Position numbers and translations under genes: made by a program. Below the pieces are notes generated by a model. The model ran no database searches. It was not told the origin of the DNA and saw nothing but the letters and a program-made list of their open reading frames with translations. Below, piece after piece: positions 37,452-47,034 of a stretch of 64,000 bases of DNA. Within the stretch, counting starts at the first letter, position 1, and every line of letters starts with the position of its first letter. The DNA comes from Actinophytocola sp. (lineage in GTDB: Bacteria; Actinomycetota; Actinomycetes; Mycobacteriales; Pseudonocardiaceae): positions 3,822 through 67,821 of the forward strand of contig NZ_DASUCC010000096.1 of NCBI RefSeq assembly GCF_035762905.1. Reading direction: 5' to 3'.

Positions 37452-37650
37452 GTGTCTCCTTCGTGATCCTCGGGCGCGGGGTGCGCCACGTTCGTGGGTC
37501 GGCGAAATCGGGCCGCCGCCAGGGCGCGGCCCGCCGGGCACACGGCGACCTCCGCGCCGTGGCGAGCCGGATCAGCAGCGCCACGGTCAGCGCGGCCAGC
37601 TCGTACTCGTCGGGTACGCCCCGGTCCACCCGGAACAGCGCGCCGGTCAC
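37366..37650 (-). CDS. Acyl-CoA carboxylase epsilon subunit
   Basis: FRVDRGVPDEYELAALTVALLIRL...PWRRP...TWR is the typical AccE/PccE pattern. GTG 37650 overlaps the beta-subunit stop (GTGA). The ORF has no stop before the next gene and overlaps it by 86 nt. Confidence 0.6.
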   Translation of the reverse strand: MTGALFRVDRGVPDEYELAALTVALLIRLATARRSPCARRAAPWRRPDFADPRTWRTPRPRITKETHDRDPGRPRRATVRASVVARPRRDHPAL

Positions 37651-39218
37651 TGCGGCGGGTTTCCGTGCTTGCGGCGGGCCGGCTCCGCGTCCTTGCCGCG
37701 CAACATGGCCAGCGAACGGATCAGGACCGACCTGGTGTCCCGCGGGTCGATCACGTCATCGACCAGCCCCCGCTCGGCGGCGTGGTACGGGTGCGCCAGC
37801 GCCGCGCGGTACTCCTCGATCCGGCTGCGGCGCAGCTCGTCCGGCCGCTCCGCCGCGGCGATCTCCCTGCGGAAGATCACGCTGGCCGCGGCTTCCGCAC
37901 CCATCACCGCGATCTCGTTGGTGGGCCAGGCAAGCGCCAGGTCCGCGCCGATCGACCGGGAGTCCATCACGATGTACGCGCCGCCGTACGCCTTGCGCAG
38001 CACCACCGAGATCCGCGGCACGGTGGCGTTGCAGTAGGCGTAGAGCAGCTTCGCGCCGCGCCGGATGATGCCCTGGTGTTCCTGGTCCACCCCGGGCAGA
38101 AACCCGGGCACGTCCACCAGGGTGACCAGCGGAATGCTGAAGGCGTCGCAGAACTGGACGAACCGGGCGCCCTTCTCGCTCGCGTCGTTGTCCAGCACGC
38201 CGGCCAGCACGGCGGGCTGGTTGGCCACGATGCCGACCACCTCGCCGCCCAGCCGGCCAAGCGCGCACACCAGGTTGGCCGCCCAGCCGGCGTGCACCTC
38301 CATGAAGTCGCCGCCGTCCACGATCGCCTCGATCACCCCGCGGATGTCGTAGGACCGGCTGCCCTGCGCCGGAACCAGCTCGAGCAGCGTGTCGTCCCGG
38401 CGCTCCTCCGGCTCCTCGACCGGCACGGCCGGCGGCAGCTCGCGGTTGTTGGACGGCAGCAGGGAAAGCAGGTGGCGCACCTCGTCGAGGCAGGTCTCCT
38501 CGTCGTCGTAGACGAAGTGCGCCACGCCGGAGCGCATGCCGTGCACCTCCGCGCCGCCCAGTCCGTTGTGCGAGACCCGTTCCCCGGTCACCGCGGCCAC
38601 CACGTCCGGTCCGGTGACGAACATCTGGGCGATGTCGCGCACGGCGAAGACGAAGTCGGTCAGTGCGGGCGAGTACGCCGCCCCGCCCGCGCACGGGCCG
38701 AGCATGACGCTGATCTGCGGGATGACGCCGGACGAGCGGGTGTTGCGCCGAAAGATGCCGCCATAGCCGGCGAGCGCCGAGACGCCCTCCTGGATGCGCG
38801 CACCGGCACCGTCGTTCAGCGAGACGAGCGGCGCGCCGGCGGCCAGGGCCAGGTCCATGATCTTGTGGATCTTCTCGGCGTGCGCCTCGCCGAGCGCGCC
38901 CCCGAAGATCCGGAAGTCGTGCGCGTAGACGAACACGGTCCGGCCTTCGACGGTTCCCCAGCCGGTGACCACCCCGTCTGTGTACGGCCGCCGGTCCTCC
39001 AGCCCGAACCCGGTGGCCCGGTGCCGGCGCAACGGCTCGACCTCGGTGAAGCTGCCCTTGTCCAGCAGGAGATCGATCCGCTCCCGGGCGGTCAGCTTGC
39101 CCTTGTCATGCTGCCGTTCGGTGGCCCGCGGATCCGGCCCGTCCATGGCCAGCCCTTTGTGTTCGCGGAGGTCGGCCAGCCGGTCGGACATCCCGGCCGC
39201 GTTGTCTGTGTCGGTCAT
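37647..39218 (-). CDS. Acyl-CoA carboxylase carboxyltransferase (beta) subunit
   Basis: 523 aa with two crotonase-like carboxyltransferase halves (GGARIQEGV, GPCAGGAAYSPALTDF, GGAYIVM...). Homologous to PccB/AccB and JadN-type subunits. Confidence 0.9.
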   Translation of the reverse strand: MTDTDNAAGMSDRLADLREHKGLAMDGPDPRATERQHDKGKLTARERIDLLLDKGSFTEVEPLRRHRATGFGLEDRRPYTDGVVTGWGTVEGRTVFVYAHDFRIFGGALGEAHAEKIHKIMDLALAAGAPLVSLNDGAGARIQEGVSALAGYGGIFRRNTRSSGVIPQISVMLGPCAGGAAYSPALTDFVFAVRDIAQMFVTGPDVVAAVTGERVSHNGLGGAEVHGMRSGVAHFVYDDEETCLDEVRHLLSLLPSNNRELPPAVPVEEPEERRDDTLLELVPAQGSRSYDIRGVIEAIVDGGDFMEVHAGWAANLVCALGRLGGEVVGIVANQPAVLAGVLDNDASEKGARFVQFCDAFSIPLVTLVDVPGFLPGVDQEHQGIIRRGAKLLYAYCNATVPRISVVLRKAYGGAYIVMDSRSIGADLALAWPTNEIAVMGAEAAASVIFRREIAAAERPDELRRSRIEEYRAALAHPYHAAERGLVDDVIDPRDTRSVLIRSLAMLRGKDAEPARRKHGNPPQ

Positions 39219-39236
39219 CGGCGAGTCTCCCGGGGT

Positions 39237-40391
39237 TCAGTAGCGCCGCGCCAGATCGGCCGCGACCGCGGCGGGCGACGGCATGCCGGCCATCTCCCGG
39301 CTCAGCTCCTCGGCCGCCTTGCGGTGCTCCGCCAGCGACAGCAGCGTCTCCAGCGCGTCGGCCAGCGTTGCCGGGTCGTCCTGGCTGGCGACGTCGTCGA
39401 GACTGATCCCGGCGCCGAGGGCCTGCAGCCGCTCACCGGTGGCGAACTGGTCGGCCCACTGGGGCAGCACAAGCTGAGGTAGACCGGCGGCGGTGGCGGT
39501 CAGCGCTGTGCCCGCACCGCCGTGGTGCACGACGGCATCGCAGCTGTCCAGGAACAGGTGCAACGGAGTGGGCGCGACCAGTCGAACCCGCGGCGGCACC
39601 GGACCCACGGCATCCCGAAATTCCTCCTCGCAGGTGGCGATCACCTCGATGTCGGCGACGGTGGCGCAGGCTCGCAGTACCCGCCGCAGGTGCGGCACAC
39701 CATTGAGCGCGAGAATGTGCCGTCCGAACGAGACCACCACCCGGCGGACACCCGGCCGCGCCCGGTGCCAGGAAGGCAGCACACCACTGCCGTTGAACGG
39801 CACGAACCGAATCGGCGTGCCCGGCTCCGCCGACGGGAACTGCAACGACGGTGGGCAGGGATCAAGCTTCTCCGCCGGCAACGGCAGCCCGTCAAGGCCA
39901 TGCTGGGCGGCCAGATCGGCAAGTTCCGTGCCCGCGTCCCGCAACGCCACGTCGGAGCCCGCATCAACACCCCAACGGTGGTGCAACACCGGCACCCCTG
40001 CCAGACCACCAACCAGCAGGGCGGTGTACTCCAGTTTCTCAGCGATGATCAGTTGGGGCTGGAACGAGCGGGCTATGGCGAGATACTCGGGCAGGACCGC
40101 CCTGGCGTGTCTCATCCATACCCGGCCGAGGATTCCCATCTGCTCGGGCGCGAAGCGCGGAATTGCCTCAAGTGGACGCTTGTCCCCGGTCAGCAGCCTC
40201 CGAACGGACTTGATGGCGTCGTGCGGCTCGCCGGCGCTGACCGCGACCAGACCGGCCGAACGGACCGTGGGGATCACGTCGGGTTGAGCGACAACGAGCA
40301 CATCGTGACCCGCGGCCCGCAATGCCCACGCCAACGGAACGAGCGGAGCGAAGTGGGTGGGCACCGGGGTGGTCGTCATCAATACTCGCAT
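39237..40391 (-). CDS. GT1-family glycosyltransferase (antibiotic/macrolide GT type), paralog 1
   Basis: MRVLMTTTPVPTHFAPLVPLAWALRAAGHDV... N-terminal domain, and C-terminal VVHHGGAGTALTATAAGLPQLVLPQWADQF nucleotide-sugar motif. Confidence 0.9.
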   Translation of the reverse strand: MRVLMTTTPVPTHFAPLVPLAWALRAAGHDVLVVAQPDVIPTVRSAGLVAVSAGEPHDAIKSVRRLLTGDKRPLEAIPRFAPEQMGILGRVWMRHARAVLPEYLAIARSFQPQLIIAEKLEYTALLVGGLAGVPVLHHRWGVDAGSDVALRDAGTELADLAAQHGLDGLPLPAEKLDPCPPSLQFPSAEPGTPIRFVPFNGSGVLPSWHRARPGVRRVVVSFGRHILALNGVPHLRRVLRACATVADIEVIATCEEEFRDAVGPVPPRVRLVAPTPLHLFLDSCDAVVHHGGAGTALTATAAGLPQLVLPQWADQFATGERLQALGAGISLDDVASQDDPATLADALETLLSLAEHRKAAEELSREMAGMPSPAAVAADLARRY

Positions 40392-40469
40392 GGCTACCTC
40401 AGCCCGCCTCTCACAGTGCGTCGACCGAAAGTCTCAGGTGGACGTTTGCACGCCTCGTCCCGGTTGAAC

Positions 40470-41624
40470 TCAGTAGCGTTGCGCCAGGTCGGCCGCGACC
40501 GCGGCGGGCGACGGCATGCTGGCCATCTCCTGGCTCAGCTCCTCGGCCGCCTTGCGGTGCTCCGGCTGCGACAGCAGCGCCTCCAGCGCGTCGGCCAGCG
40601 TGGCCGGGTCGTCCTGGCTGGCGACGTCGTCGAGACTGATCCCCGCGCCAACGGCCTGCAGTTGCTCACCGATGTCGAACTGGTCGGACCACTGGGGTAG
40701 GACAAGCTGGGGCAGACCGAAGGCGGTGGCGGTCAGCGAGGTGCCGCCACCGCCGTGGTGCACGACGGCATCGCAGGTGTCGAAGAACAGGTGCAGCGGA
40801 GTCGGCGTCACCAACCGGACCCGGGGCGGCATCGGACCCAGGGCGTCCCAATATTCCTCGTCGCAGGTGGCGATCACCTCGATACCTGGAATCGTGGCGC
40901 AGGCCTCGAGTACCCGCCGCACATGGGGTACGCCGTTGAGCGCGAGAGTCGCGGTGCCGAGCGAGACCGCCACCCGGCGGACACCGGGTTCGGGCCGGTG
41001 CCAGGAGGGCAGTTCGCCGGGCCCGTTGAACGGCACGTACCGGATCGGTGTGCCTGGCTCGGCCGACGGGAGCTGCAGGGACGGCGGGCAGGGGTCGAGT
41101 ACCTCGGCCGGCAGCGGAAGCCCGTCGAGGCCAAGGTCCGCGGCCAGGTCGGCAAGTTCGGCACGGGCCTCCCGCATCGCCGGACCGGAGATCGGATCGA
41201 CGCCCCAGCGGTGGTGCACCACCGGAATCCCTTCCGCACCGCCCACCAGCAGGGAGGCGAACTCGACGTGGTTGGAAACGATCAACTGGGGCCGAAACGA
41301 CCGGACGGCCGGGAGATACTCGGGCAGAACCACCCTGGCGTTCCTGATCCACACCGCCGCGAAGGATCCCATCTCCTCGGGACGCCTGCGTTCGAATGTC
41401 TCACGGAGACGTTTGTCACCCGTGAGCTTCGACCGGACGCCTTTGGTGGCCTCGAACAGCTCGCCGGCGCTGGCCGCGACCATACCGGCCGAGCGGACCG
41501 TGGGGATCACGTCGGGTTGGGTGACAGCCAGCACGTCGTGACCCGCGGCCCGCAGCGCCCATGCCAGCGGCACGAGCTGGGTGAAATGAGTGGGCACCGG
41601 ATTGGTCAACACCAACACACGCAT
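40470..41624 (-). CDS. GT1-family glycosyltransferase, paralog 2
   Basis: Same architecture: VVHHGGGGTSLTATAFGLPQLVLPQWSDQF. More diverged from paralogs 1 and 3. Confidence 0.9.
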   Translation of the reverse strand: MRVLVLTNPVPTHFTQLVPLAWALRAAGHDVLAVTQPDVIPTVRSAGMVAASAGELFEATKGVRSKLTGDKRLRETFERRRPEEMGSFAAVWIRNARVVLPEYLPAVRSFRPQLIVSNHVEFASLLVGGAEGIPVVHHRWGVDPISGPAMREARAELADLAADLGLDGLPLPAEVLDPCPPSLQLPSAEPGTPIRYVPFNGPGELPSWHRPEPGVRRVAVSLGTATLALNGVPHVRRVLEACATIPGIEVIATCDEEYWDALGPMPPRVRLVTPTPLHLFFDTCDAVVHHGGGGTSLTATAFGLPQLVLPQWSDQFDIGEQLQAVGAGISLDDVASQDDPATLADALEALLSQPEHRKAAEELSQEMASMPSPAAVAADLAQRY

Positions 41625-41656
41625 GGCGCGTCAGCCTGCCTCTCGTACTTGTTGGT

Positions 41657-42766
41657 CTACCCGGCCAGCGCCGGCTTGCGGGCCACCGCCTTGAGTGCGT
41701 CGACGACCCGGGTGATGTCGGTTTCGGTGAGGCGGCCCCAGAACGGCAGGCACACGATGTGGCGCGCGGCCCAGTCGGCACGTGGGGTCGGGCCCGCCCT
41801 CCGCAACCCGCCGACCCGGTACCGCCCGGCGAAGTACGCCCTGGTGTGCACGCCGTGCGCGAGCATGGCGCGCACCAGTGCCTCGGCGTCCACCGGCGCG
41901 TCGGTGGTCAAGCGCACCGGCAAGGCCGCGACGGCAGGGCCGGCTTCCGCGCGGAAATCGCACGGCCGCAACCAGTTCAGCTCCGCGAGAGCCTCCTGAT
42001 ACCACCCGCGGACCGCCGTCCGTCGCGCGACCTCCGTGGCCGCCCCGGCGTGTACCACGGCACCGATCGCCGCGTGCAGCTCGCTCATCCGCGCGTTGGT
42101 GCCGGTGCGCAGCGCGCCGGACTCACCGAAACCGAAGTTGCGCAACCGGCGCACGGTGCCGGCGATCGCCCTGGTGTTGCCGAACACCGCGCCGCCCTCG
42201 ATGGAGTGGGTCAGCTTCGTGGCGTGCAGGCTCAACGTCGCCACGTCCCCATAGGACAGCAGGGGCCGGCCGCGGAAGTTCACTCCCCAACAGGTGGCCG
42301 CGTCGAAGATCAGCGGCACACCGGCCGCCCGCGCGATGGAGCGCAGCGCGTCGATGTCGGCCGGGCAACCGAAGGAGTGCACAGCGAGGATGGCACACGT
42401 CCGCGAAGTGACCGCCTGCCGGACAGCGTCCGGGTCGATGGTCAGGTACGTGTCCTCGATGTCCACCTCGACCGGCGTCGCACCGGCCCGGAGCACCGCC
42501 TGGGCGGTCGCCGGAAATGCCGCCGCTGGAACGAGAACCTCGCCGCGCAGCTCCAGCGCGGAGCAGGCGAGCTGGATGGCGGTGGTACCGCTGCCGGTGA
42601 CCGCGACGTCCGCGATCCCCAACTCGGTGGACAGCAACGCCTCCAACTGGCGAACGCGCGGCCCGTCGTTGGTCAACACCTGACTCTCGAACACCTCGAA
42701 CAGCGCCGACTTCAGCCGGTCCCAAGGCGGAACCAACGGGCGGACGACGACCAGATCATCAGTCAT
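41657..42766 (-). CDS. DegT/DnrJ/EryC1/StrS-family NDP-sugar aminotransferase (PLP)
   Basis: 369 aa. Contains LSLHATKLTHSIEGG (PLP lysine) and the N-terminal LT.DGPRV..LE pattern typical of sugar aminotransferases. Confidence 0.85.
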   Translation of the reverse strand: MTDDLVVVRPLVPPWDRLKSALFEVFESQVLTNDGPRVRQLEALLSTELGIADVAVTGSGTTAIQLACSALELRGEVLVPAAAFPATAQAVLRAGATPVEVDIEDTYLTIDPDAVRQAVTSRTCAILAVHSFGCPADIDALRSIARAAGVPLIFDAATCWGVNFRGRPLLSYGDVATLSLHATKLTHSIEGGAVFGNTRAIAGTVRRLRNFGFGESGALRTGTNARMSELHAAIGAVVHAGAATEVARRTAVRGWYQEALAELNWLRPCDFRAEAGPAVAALPVRLTTDAPVDAEALVRAMLAHGVHTRAYFAGRYRVGGLRRAGPTPRADWAARHIVCLPFWGRLTETDITRVVDALKAVARKPALAG

Positions 42767-43928
42767 GGGCTACCCCATAACGTCGTGCGATATCGGCGGC
42801 GACCGTGCTCGGTGCCGGCATGCCGGCCATCTCGTGGCTGAGTTCCTCCGCTGCCTTGCGGTGTTCCGGTTTGGACAGCAGGGTGTGCAGCGCGTCGGTC
42901 ACCGTGTCTGGATCGTCCTGGCTGGCGACCTCGTCGAGGCAGATCCCCGCGCCAACGGCCTGCAGCCGCTCGCCCCCGGCGAACTGGTCACCGAGCTGAG
43001 GTAGGACGAGTTGAGGTAGACCGGCGGCGGTGGCGGTGAGCACCGTGCCCGCACCGCCGTGGTGCACGACGGCATCGCAGCTGTCCAGGAACAGGTGCAA
43101 CGGAGTGGGCGCGACCAGTCGAACCCGCGGCGGCACCGGACCCACGGCATCCCAGTACCTTTCGTCGCAGGTGGCGATCACCTCGACCTCCGGAATGGTG
43201 GCGCAGGCTCGCAGTACCCGCCGCACATGCGGCACACCATTGAGCGCCAGGGTGGAGGTCCCGAGCGAGACCACCACCCTGGGGACACCCGGCTGCGCCC
43301 GGTGCCAGGAAGGCAGCACACCATTGCCGTTGAACGGCACGAACCGAATCGGCGTGCCCGGCTCCGCCGACGGCAACTGCAACGACGGTGGGCAGGGATC
43401 AAGCTTCTCCGCCGGCAACGGCAGCCCGTCAAGGCCATGCTGGGCGGCCAGATCGGCAAGCTCCGTACCCGCGTCCCGCAACGCCACGTCGGAGATCGGG
43501 TCGATCCCCCAACGGTGGTGCAGCACAGGTATCCCCTCGATGCCACCAACCAGCAACGCGGTGTACTCGAGCTGATCAGCGATGATCAGCTCGGGCTGGA
43601 ACGAGCGGGTCACGGCGAGATACCCGGGCAGGACCACCCTGGCGTGCCTCATCCATACCCGCCCGAAGATTCCCATCTGCTCGGGTGCGAAGCGCGCAAA
43701 GGTCTCAAGTGGACGCTTGTCCACCGTCAGCAGCGTCCGCATGTGCGCCCCGATGTCGAACGCCTCGCCGACGCTCGCCGCGACCAGGCCGGCCGAGCGG
43801 ACCGTGGGGATCACGTCGGGTTGCGTGACAACGAGCACATCGTGGCCCGCGGCCCGCAGTGCCCACGCCAACGGCACAAGCGGGGCGAAGTGAGTGGGGA
43901 CCGCAGTGGTCGTCATCAACACTCGCAT
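42759..43928 (-). CDS. GT1-family glycosyltransferase, paralog 3
   Basis: MRVLMTTTAVPTHFAPLVPLAWALRAAGHDV...VVHHGGAGTVLTATAAGLPQLVLPQLGDQF. Start ATG 43928. The stop overlaps the aminotransferase start by 8 nt. Upstream track extension is read-through. Confidence 0.9.
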   Translation of the reverse strand: MRVLMTTTAVPTHFAPLVPLAWALRAAGHDVLVVTQPDVIPTVRSAGLVAASVGEAFDIGAHMRTLLTVDKRPLETFARFAPEQMGIFGRVWMRHARVVLPGYLAVTRSFQPELIIADQLEYTALLVGGIEGIPVLHHRWGIDPISDVALRDAGTELADLAAQHGLDGLPLPAEKLDPCPPSLQLPSAEPGTPIRFVPFNGNGVLPSWHRAQPGVPRVVVSLGTSTLALNGVPHVRRVLRACATIPEVEVIATCDERYWDAVGPVPPRVRLVAPTPLHLFLDSCDAVVHHGGAGTVLTATAAGLPQLVLPQLGDQFAGGERLQAVGAGICLDEVASQDDPDTVTDALHTLLSKPEHRKAAEELSHEMAGMPAPSTVAADIARRYGVAHD

Positions 43929-43966
43929 GGCTTCCCCAATCGCTGTACTAAGTGGTGCCGGGTCGG

Positions 43967-44881
43967 CTAGGCGTTGCGCACGATCACCTCGAAGGTTGGC
44001 GAGGTCGGGGGGAATCCGGTGTCGAAGTGCGAGTTGACCAGGGCCAGCCGGGAGCCGAACTTGGCCGCCGTCGTTGGCACCCCGAACAACGGGTCGGTGA
44101 TCGTCTCGACCAGGGTCCCGCTGCTCAGGTCGGTGCTCAGCCGCCATTCGGTGACCTGGTTCATGAAGCCCTGCACCACCCAGACCTTGCGGTCGGCAAG
44201 CACGATGCCGTCGGCGGCGGGCACGTCCACCCCGGCGATCTCCGCACTGGCCCCGGTGTGTGCGTCCACCGTGAACAGCTTTTCCACACCGGAATGGGCG
44301 ACGATCAACGTGTGCCTGGCCGGCGTGGCGTCGATCCCGTTGAGGTTGAAGTCCCCGGTGATGGCGGCCGCCGGGCCGGTCAGCTGGAGCGTGCGGGCCG
44401 GACCCGGCACGCCGCACACGAGCGGCACGAAGAACAGCCGTGCGGCCCGGGAGTCGGTGAACCAGGCGCCGGACGGAGTGGCCACCACGTCGTTGATCAT
44501 CGTGCTGGCCGGGTCGCCGAGGTCATAGCTGGCGACATTGGTTCGGGTCCGCGTGTTGTACACGTAGGCTTGGCCGGCGCCCCCGCCGGCGACGAACAGC
44601 AGGTCGTACCGGAGGTCCGCGGACATGCCCACGGCGGGCCGGCCGTCCGGCGCGTCGATGAGCCGCTCCGCCGTTCCGCGCCGGATGTCGCCGACGAAGA
44701 TGTCGCCGCGGGCCAGGTCGCCGGCGTAGAACGTGGTGCCCTTCCCGGCCGTGATGCCCTCGGCGGAACTCGCCCCGGGCAGCACGATCACTTGGCTGGC
44801 CTGGTCGGCGGTGGCCGCCGCCGGTGTCAGCGCGAGCGACAACACCACCAGTGGCAGGGTCAGAGTCAGGATCTTGCGCAT
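43967..44881 (-). CDS. Secreted hypothetical protein, probable beta-propeller (SGL/NHL-like)
   Basis: Sec signal MRKILTLTLPLVVLSLALTPAAATA. Repeated beta-strand blades (FYAGDLARGDIFVGD, LLFVAGGGAGQAYVYN, GAWFTDS, TLIVAHSG, KVWVVQG). The function call is weak. Confidence 0.55.
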   Translation of the reverse strand: MRKILTLTLPLVVLSLALTPAAATADQASQVIVLPGASSAEGITAGKGTTFYAGDLARGDIFVGDIRRGTAERLIDAPDGRPAVGMSADLRYDLLFVAGGGAGQAYVYNTRTRTNVASYDLGDPASTMINDVVATPSGAWFTDSRAARLFFVPLVCGVPGPARTLQLTGPAAAITGDFNLNGIDATPARHTLIVAHSGVEKLFTVDAHTGASAEIAGVDVPAADGIVLADRKVWVVQGFMNQVTEWRLSTDLSSGTLVETITDPLFGVPTTAAKFGSRLALVNSHFDTGFPPTSPTFEVIVRNA

Positions 44882-44900
44882 CGGATTTCCTTCCAGTCGT

Positions 44901-46079
44901 TCAGTTGTGTAGTGCCACGGGCAGGCTGGCGAGCGACCGCACGACGTTGTTGACCCCCCAGGTCGGCTCACCGACCTCGATCCGTCGCACCCGCTTGGCC
45001 AACGCCGTGAACAGGGCCGTGCCCTCCAACCGGACGAGGCCCTGACCGATACAGCTGTGGATCCCGTGCCCGAACGCGATGTGGTGCTTCGCGTCGGGTC
45101 GCCTGATGTCGAACACGTCGGGCTCCGCCCACCTCCGCTCGTCCCGGTTGGCCGCGCCCAGCAACAGGAAGACCCGGGACCCGGCGGGCAACGTGGTCCC
45201 ATCGAGCTCGTATTCTCGGGTCACCAGACGGGTGTAGCCCCTGACCGGCGACTCGTACCGCATGACCTCGTTGAGTGCGTTGGGAATGAGCGAGTGGTCC
45301 CGGCGAATCGCTTGCCACAGCGACGGATCCCGGCCGAGCAGCCACAGCGCGCTGGACAGCATGGCGACCGTCGTGTCGATGGACGGCGCGAGGTAGGCAC
45401 CGATCAGTGACGGGATCTGGTTCTTGTCGATCCGTTCGGCTTCGGCGGCGGCGAGCAGGTCGGCACCGCAACTGCCGGGCCGCAGCCGTCCGGAGTCGAT
45501 GACCTCCCTGGTGTACTCCTGCATCGCCTTCAGCGCCGGCAGGTCCGCGATGGACCGCTCGTTCATCGGCCCGCTGAGGTTGAAGATTGCGCAGGACCAG
45601 GACAGGAACTCCGACCGCCCTTCGACCGGCCAGCCCAGCAGGTCGGAGACGACCGACAGCGGGAGTACCTGGGCGAAGTCGGTGACGACGTCGAACGTGC
45701 CGGCGCCGAGCAGCTTCTCGACGAGCTCGTCGGCACGCCGGTGGAACAGCTCCTGGTGGGCCCGCAGCGCCTTGGGCGTCAGCGGCCGGTTGATCAGGGT
45801 CCGGAACTGTTCGTGTTCCGGCGGGTCGGTGGACACCGTCGTGGCGCGCATCCTCTCGTTGGTCTGGTCGTTCAACGCGACCCCTGAGGCGGATGAGAAC
45901 GTCTCGGGGTCCTGCAGCGCCGCATGGACGTCCCGGTACCTGGCCACCGCCCACACGTCGTTGCGTTCCAGCCAGACGGCCGGCCCGAGATCCCGCAACA
46001 GGCGGTAGTTCTCGTACGGCGACCTGATCGCGGCCTCGGTGTACAGGTCGATGTCGGTCCGTGGCGAAGCGGTCAGCAT
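44901..46079 (-). CDS. Cytochrome P450
   Basis: Heme loop FGHGIHSCIGQ, EXXR (ESPVR), and an I-helix region GAYLAPSIDTT. Confidence 0.9.
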   Translation of the reverse strand: MLTASPRTDIDLYTEAAIRSPYENYRLLRDLGPAVWLERNDVWAVARYRDVHAALQDPETFSSASGVALNDQTNERMRATTVSTDPPEHEQFRTLINRPLTPKALRAHQELFHRRADELVEKLLGAGTFDVVTDFAQVLPLSVVSDLLGWPVEGRSEFLSWSCAIFNLSGPMNERSIADLPALKAMQEYTREVIDSGRLRPGSCGADLLAAAEAERIDKNQIPSLIGAYLAPSIDTTVAMLSSALWLLGRDPSLWQAIRRDHSLIPNALNEVMRYESPVRGYTRLVTREYELDGTTLPAGSRVFLLLGAANRDERRWAEPDVFDIRRPDAKHHIAFGHGIHSCIGQGLVRLEGTALFTALAKRVRRIEVGEPTWGVNNVVRSLASLPVALHN

Positions 46080-46092
46080 GGCGGCGTCCTTT

Positions 46093-47034
46093 CTACCGTT
46101 GGGTCGAGACGTGCGTGCTCAACTGGCGGTCGGGCGGCCAGACGGAGCTGAGCAGGTCGGTCAGCGACTCGTCGAGCCCGTGTTCGGCCCGCCAGCCCAG
46201 GAGTTCCCGGGCCCGCGACACGTCGAGCCGTTGCCACTGCATGGGTTCCCGCGGCAGGCTCCCGTTCGAGTCCTCGACGAGACGAACGGGCAACCCGCCC
46301 AGCGCGATCAGCCGCTGGACCACCGTGCGCACGTGCACGGCCGTCCCGCTGGCGATGTTGATGACCTGGCCGGTCACGGCCGGAGCGGCCACGGCCGCCA
46401 GCACGGCCTGCGCCACGTCGCGCACGTCGACGTAGTCCCGCCAGGTGCGCAGCGGGGCCAGCCGCAACTCCGCGGGCCGGTCGCCGCACCCGGCCGCGGC
46501 GATTCCGGCCAGCCGGCGCGCGACCACGGCCGGCAGCGTGTCCGCGCGCGCCCGTGGACCGGCCACATTGGACACCCGGAGCACGACCGCGCGACCCCGC
46601 AGGGCCGCCCGGGCGCCGTCCAGCTTCGTCCTGCCGTACATCGACAGTGGAGCCGGCGGGTGGCTCTCGGCCGTGGTGCTCCCCGGCACGTCCGGGCCGT
46701 ACTCGTGGCTGCTACCGATCTGGATCAGTCGGGTGTCCCGGGTCGCGGCGACGAGCCGGGCCACGAACTCGGCGTTGATCGCCCGCAGCTGCCGGTCGGT
46801 GGCCGGGGTCGCGAGGCCCGCCGCGTTCACCACGACGTCCGGGGCCTCGTCGGCCAGGAGCGAGCCGAGATCGGCGATCCCCGCCCGGGCCAGGTCGAGC
46901 CGCACGTGCCGACCCGGCCCGGCGGATCCGTTGCGGGAGACGCTGACCACGCCGCACCCGGCCGCCTGGAACGCCTCGCGGATGTGACTGCCGAGAAAGC
47001 CGGTGCCGCCGAGCACCATGATCCGCCCGGTCAT
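46093..47034 (-). CDS. NAD-dependent epimerase/dehydratase family NDP-hexose ketoreductase
   Basis: Rossmann motif VLGGTGFLGSH and catalytic YGRTK. ATG 47034 overlaps the rmlB stop (ATGA). Confidence 0.75.
   Translation of the reverse strand: MTGRIMVLGGTGFLGSHIREAFQAAGCGVVSVSRNGSAGPGRHVRLDLARAGIADLGSLLADEAPDVVVNAAGLATPATDRQLRAINAEFVARLVAATRDTRLIQIGSSHEYGPDVPGSTTAESHPPAPLSMYGRTKLDGARAALRGRAVVLRVSNVAGPRARADTLPAVVARRLAGIAAAGCGDRPAELRLAPLRTWRDYVDVRDVAQAVLAAVAAPAVTGQVINIASGTAVHVRTVVQRLIALGGLPVRLVEDSNGSLPREPMQWQRLDVSRARELLGWRAEHGLDESLTDLLSSVWPPDRQLSTHVSTQR

Noticed and set aside
39237-43928. Repeats of about 1.1 kb that could be mistaken for a mobile element or assembly duplication.
   Set aside because: The repeats coincide exactly with intact, full-length GT1 coding sequences that differ at many positions. 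There are no terminal inverted repeats and no transposase. They are interpreted as paralogous genes; possible assembly collapse is still worth checking.
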